Source: an uncultured bacterium
Lineage (GTDB): Bacteria > Patescibacteriota > Gracilibacteria > UBA1369 > PNNO01
NCBI GenBank assembly: GCA_963704705.1
Contig: OY969931.1
Coordinates: forward strand, 1,170,001 to 1,202,000
Direction: 5' to 3'
Length of the DNA: 32,000 nt
Of the stretch, positions 28,811 through 32,000 are shown piece after piece. The position numbers and the translations under genes are program-made. Below the pieces are notes generated by a model. That model did not search any database. It saw nothing but the letters and a program-made list of their open reading frames with translations, and was not told the origin of the DNA. Within the stretch, counting starts at the first letter, position 1, and each line of letters starts with the position of its first letter.

Positions 28811-29098
28811 TATGACGACAACTATATACAAAAATATTGTAAGCATAATTTATTGGACATAGTTCTCACCTTACTTTCAATATCATAAAAATAATGTTAT
28901 GAATTACATGTACTTGAATACAGTAGTTATGAAACACGACCTTCCTGGGGATTCCCTTTGCAGATGTATATGATAATGATGTTAGCTCACCAGTAATGTC
29001 AACGAATGAAAAGATATATTCATTTTTTACAAATGATTGGGGATATATTAATTTATAAATTTTGGCTTCTCAAACCATTTTTAATATTTAAAAAAAGA
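28811..29098 (+). pseudogene. cassette 24: degraded copy of the cassette 16 gene
   Basis: Same nucleotide backbone as 21701-21990 with multiple indels and no long ORF. Confidence 0.75.
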
Positions 29099-29104
29099 GA
29101 CACC

Positions 29105-29216
29105 GCCTAACAGTAAACTATCCGGATTCTCTCCTTCGGCTACACCCAACTTTGCCAGTGGTGGCGCATCGGCTATTAAACAAATGTAAAATCCGTATAG
29201 TTTGCGGACGTTGTAC
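29105..29216 (+). repeat. attC24 (partly eroded inner arm)
   Basis: GCCTAAC-A-GTAAACTAT ... ATAGTTTGC-GGAC-GTTGTAC. Confidence 0.85.
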
Positions 29217-29287
29217 GAAATAGCAATGAGTTCTATCTTTGTGTAAATTTTAAGAAGCACCGACTTACTAATTGGTGATATAGTTGT

Positions 29288-29611
29288 ATGTTATCCCCCA
29301 TTCATAATCATAAAACTATGAATTTTGGTAGCTATCGAGCTCGCGTCGCTATAGTAAGAGATATTAGCGAGTTCAAAACAATCAAAGATCGTAATAGAGC
29401 AGACAAACTAAATCAAGCTTTAAACAAGGGAAAAAGCAAAGTTGAACAAGCAAAAACTGATGCAGATATTGAACAAGCATGTAAAGAAACTTTCGAAGAA
29501 GTATTAAGAGTTTTTGAAGGTAGTGATGAACATGATGGTATGCGGGGCTTTGTTTTAGTGGATAGATTTCAAAGCGACGCTCACAATTGGTGGAATAATT
29601 CAAAGAATTAA
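29288..29611 (+). CDS. cassette 25: hypothetical protein, second copy of cassette 3 product
   Basis: 107 aa, one residue different from 14657-14980. Confidence 0.8.
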   Translation: MLSPIHNHKTMNFGSYRARVAIVRDISEFKTIKDRNRADKLNQALNKGKSKVEQAKTDADIEQACKETFEEVLRVFEGSDEHDGMRGFVLVDRFQSDAHNWWNNSKN

Positions 29612-29634
29612 TAGTTATAACTAATTGCTACATC

Positions 29635-29788
29635 GTACAACAGGCGCATTAACGGTTCGGGCTTTTTCTTGCGGCTGGCTTCGCACAGCCAAAAATCCCT
29701 CTCCCAACTTTTTTAACGGTGCTTTCATGCCTTGCGGCATGTTATTATACCACCGTCAAAAAGTTCGCTAATGCGCCAGACGTTAGGC
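29635..29788 (+). repeat. attC25
   Basis: GTACAAC-A-GGCGCATTA ... TAATGCGCC-AGAC-GTTAGGC. Confidence 0.92.
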
Positions 29789-29870
29789 GATATTATTTTA
29801 TTAAGGTATTTAATGTCTACAAGCTTTACAAGAAATATTTTATATAATTATTTCCTTTAATAAATATATT

Positions 29871-30078
29871 ATGACTCGACCTAAATTAGATAAAGATCAA
29901 AACTAAAACGAACTGAAAGGCTAACTGCTTTCATTGATCAAGAAAGTATGAAAAGGATTCAATGGGCACATTCGTTACAAAGAAATCTATCGGAGAAGTT
30001 CTTGGTGATTTGATTATGAAGGATATAAAAGAACCGCCAAAGGAAATAGATGAAGATCCATTTTTACATGAAGAATAA
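29871..30078 (+). pseudogene. cassette 26: degraded copy of the RHH-like gene of cassette 12
   Basis: Same sequence as 19016-19225 with small indels that break the frame. Confidence 0.8.
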
Positions 30079-30082
30079 CATC

Positions 30083-30225
30083 GCATAACAGCGAACTATC
30101 CGGTTCGGGCTTTTTTGATGCGCGGCTTTGCGGGGCAAAAGCCTTCACCCAACTTTTTTTAATGGTGGCGCTGACGCGCTATTATACCACCGTAAAAAAG
30201 TTCGTATAGTTTGCGCCCGTTATGT
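30083..30225 (+). repeat. attC26
   Basis: GCATAAC-A-GCGAACTAT ... ATAGTTTGC-GCCC-GTTATGT. Confidence 0.88.
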
Positions 30226-30258
30226 GACATCCATTTTTTCTCATTGTAGAATAACGAC

Positions 30259-30828
30259 ATGGAAAAAGAACCAATTACACCGATTGAAATAGTAAAAGCA
30301 GATATTAAACTTTTTGAAAAATATCAAAAAGAAATTTTGGAAATCGAAAGAGAACTTATCGAAAATAGTTCATCAGCATATCTTATTGATGAACAAGATG
30401 AGCTCGATTTTATGTTAGATGCGTTTAAAAAAGGAGGTTATGCTTATTTAGTAATGGAAAATGAAAAAGTTACTGGGTTTTTAGTTGTTGGGCCACTCGA
30501 TGATGGGACTGAATTGCCTGAAACAGTTACTCAAAATTATCCAATTGCAAATTGCCTTCATATCAAAGTAATGTACATAAAAAATACAAGCAAAGGAATT
30601 GGTAGTGAAATGATGGAAAAATTAATTCAAGAACTAGATAAAGAACAATGGAAATATTTATTTGTAAGAACTTGGATTGATCCACCAAATGAAGGAGCTA
30701 TTAATTTTTATACAAATCGAGCTGGCTTTGAAGCTGTTCCAAATGCAATAGTTGAATCAACAAAAAGAAAATTGGATGGAAGTGGAACACTCCAAATAAA
30801 AAGACAATATTTTTCAAAAAGGATATAG
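30259..30828 (+). CDS. cassette 27: GNAT-like N-acetyltransferase, intact copy
   Basis: 189 aa; core VMYIKNTSKGIGSEMMEKLIQELDKEQWKYLFVRTW...AINFYTNRAGFEAVPNAIVE typical of GNAT fold. Confidence 0.8.
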   Translation: MEKEPITPIEIVKADIKLFEKYQKEILEIERELIENSSSAYLIDEQDELDFMLDAFKKGGYAYLVMENEKVTGFLVVGPLDDGTELPETVTQNYPIANCLHIKVMYIKNTSKGIGSEMMEKLIQELDKEQWKYLFVRTWIDPPNEGAINFYTNRAGFEAVPNAIVESTKRKLDGSGTLQIKRQYFSKRI

Positions 30829-30842
30829 AAAAAATGGACATC

Positions 30843-30999
30843 ACATAACAGGCGCATTAACGGTTCGGGTTTTTTTTGTCGGGCGGCCTAAAAGCACGCC
30901 CAAAAATCCCTCACCCAACTTTTTTAACGGTGGTGACATGCCTTGCGGCATGTTATTATGCCACCGTCAAAAAGTTCGCTAATGCGCCGGACGTTAGCG
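30843..30999 (+). repeat. attC27
   Basis: ACATAAC-A-GGCGCATTA ... TAATGCGCC-GGAC-GTTAGCG. Confidence 0.92.
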
Positions 31000-31063
31000 G
31001 AAATTGGGCTGATTTTAAAAGCGACTTAATATATAATTCAAATAATTCTTAACCTAAAATTCT

Positions 31064-31642
31064 ATGAATCAAACATGGAAAATCATTGTCGCCGTCATTA
31101 TTACAGCAGTCGTTGTCGGAGGTGGCTTTTACTTCTGGCAACAGAGCAAGGAAGAAACTCCACAAGTTACTCGAAAAACCGAAGATCAAACACCAGCTCC
31201 AGCAGCTGAAACCGAAAAAACGTTCACTGGTAGCGGATTTACATTCACATACCCCGTAGAATATACAGCTGATAACAAAGGACTTTGGACAACGGACGGT
31301 TATCAAAGACATATAAATCCGCCTGAAGCTTGCGATACCTGCCAGATACCAGAAGTAGAAGTAAAAGCCACCACTTCAAATAAAACATTGGATCAACAAA
31401 TTATTGCTGATTATGACTTGCCAGGAACAACACTGGCAGAGATGTCTAAACAAACTGGCATCAAATATGAGCAAATAAAAATCGGCGACAATGATTTTAT
31501 CAAAATCACGGTTAGCGACATGTTCGATGTAACAGGATATTACACAAAACATAATAATCAGATTGTCGCTTTTAAAGTTTATTTGACGGAAAAAGATAAT
31601 AAGGCATTAAAAGATATTATTTCGACATTGAAGTTTAATTAA
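31064..31642 (+). CDS. cassette 28: membrane-anchored hypothetical protein, second copy of cassette 1 product
   Basis: 192 aa identical to 13379-13957. Confidence 0.85.
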   Translation: MNQTWKIIVAVIITAVVVGGGFYFWQQSKEETPQVTRKTEDQTPAPAAETEKTFTGSGFTFTYPVEYTADNKGLWTTDGYQRHINPPEACDTCQIPEVEVKATTSNKTLDQQIIADYDLPGTTLAEMSKQTGIKYEQIKIGDNDFIKITVSDMFDVTGYYTKHNNQIVAFKVYLTEKDNKALKDIISTLKFN

Positions 31643-31657
31643 AATCAGCCCAACATC

Positions 31658-31775
31658 AGATAACAAAGGCTATGCGGCTACGATCCTTTCAGTCGCTACG
31701 CCCATATTGTGCGGTGGTGGCCCTTCGCGGCCAATTATACCACCGCACAACATCGCATAGCCTTGGCCGTTAAAT
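31658..31775 (+). repeat. attC28
   Basis: AGATAAC ... GGCTATGCG / CGCATAGCC ... GTTAAAT; copy of attC1. Confidence 0.85.
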
Positions 31776-31830
31776 GAAATTGATTATATTTATGTCGTAT
31801 GATAAATTTTGCTCCTTTAACAAATAAAGC

Positions 31831-32000
31831 ATGAATAAAGTTTTGCATTTAAACATTGAAACATCTGAACCAGGTAAATGGTTAGATATATTACATGTCT
31901 AAGATTAATGCATCTCGATGGCGTTGATACTATGGCCGATGATGGCAATACAAAAGCAGTTTTAGCAGTTTGTTTAGAAAAAGGAGCTGAAGTAAAAAGT
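31831..32000 (+). other. cassette 29 (incomplete at window edge), ORF apparently frameshifted
   Basis: ATG 31831 MNKVLHLNIETSEPGKWLDILHV-stop, followed by open sequence in another frame. Confidence 0.35.

Larger units (their letters stand above)
12392..31775. mobile_element. integron-like element: recombinase, attI-like site and array of 28 complete cassettes (continues beyond the window)
   Basis: Tyrosine recombinase divergent from the array, attI-like inverted repeat at 13295-13314, then 28 attC-like imperfect palindromes separating single-gene units; cassette start and own R'' box match across each cassette. Confidence 0.93.

Noticed and set aside
13973-31775. Repeated palindromes as REP/BIME, MITE or CRISPR repeats
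   Set aside because: Spacing is irregular and gene-sized, the repeats end in GTT boxes that pair with the start of their own cassette, there are no target-site duplications, and no short regular repeat-spacer pattern.

Overview
The window has two parts. (1) Positions 1-12408 are a conserved chromosomal block: a DinG-like helicase (partial at the left edge), a hypothetical gene, and a complete V/A-type ATPase operon (H/G-like, I, K, E, C, F, A, B, D, plus a 131-aa ORF) behind a TTGACA-N17-TAGAAT promoter. (2) Positions 12392 to at least 31775 have the architecture of a sedentary chromosomal integron. A leftward tyrosine recombinase is followed by an attI-like simple site (CGCTAA-N8-TTAGCG, 13295-13314). 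After it come 28 consecutive attC-like sites delimiting 28 short cassettes, and the array runs off the right edge. The strongest support is internal. The 7-nt start of a cassette (GTTNNNN) is the exact reverse complement of the R'' box of its own downstream attC in 17 of 28 cassettes, and most others differ by 1 nt. Seven cassette families occur 2-3 times at non-adjacent positions with the same boundaries. Unusual points: the recombinase lacks the IntI-specific insertion and looks Xer-like; the attC sites are long, with perfect 9-11 bp L arms and no evident extrahelical base; many carry a one-sided extra hairpin and a conserved unpaired ATTAT at the apical stem; a 284-bp ORF-less structured cassette is present three times; and a 2.7 kb cassette carries a single-chain restriction-modification enzyme. 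Other cassettes encode HIT, Nudix, GNAT, isochorismatase-like, SLH, RHH-like and HTH proteins, and several contain frameshifts or an in-frame stop. Taxonomy was not determined. TGA is used as a stop, so a UGA-recoded code is not indicated.
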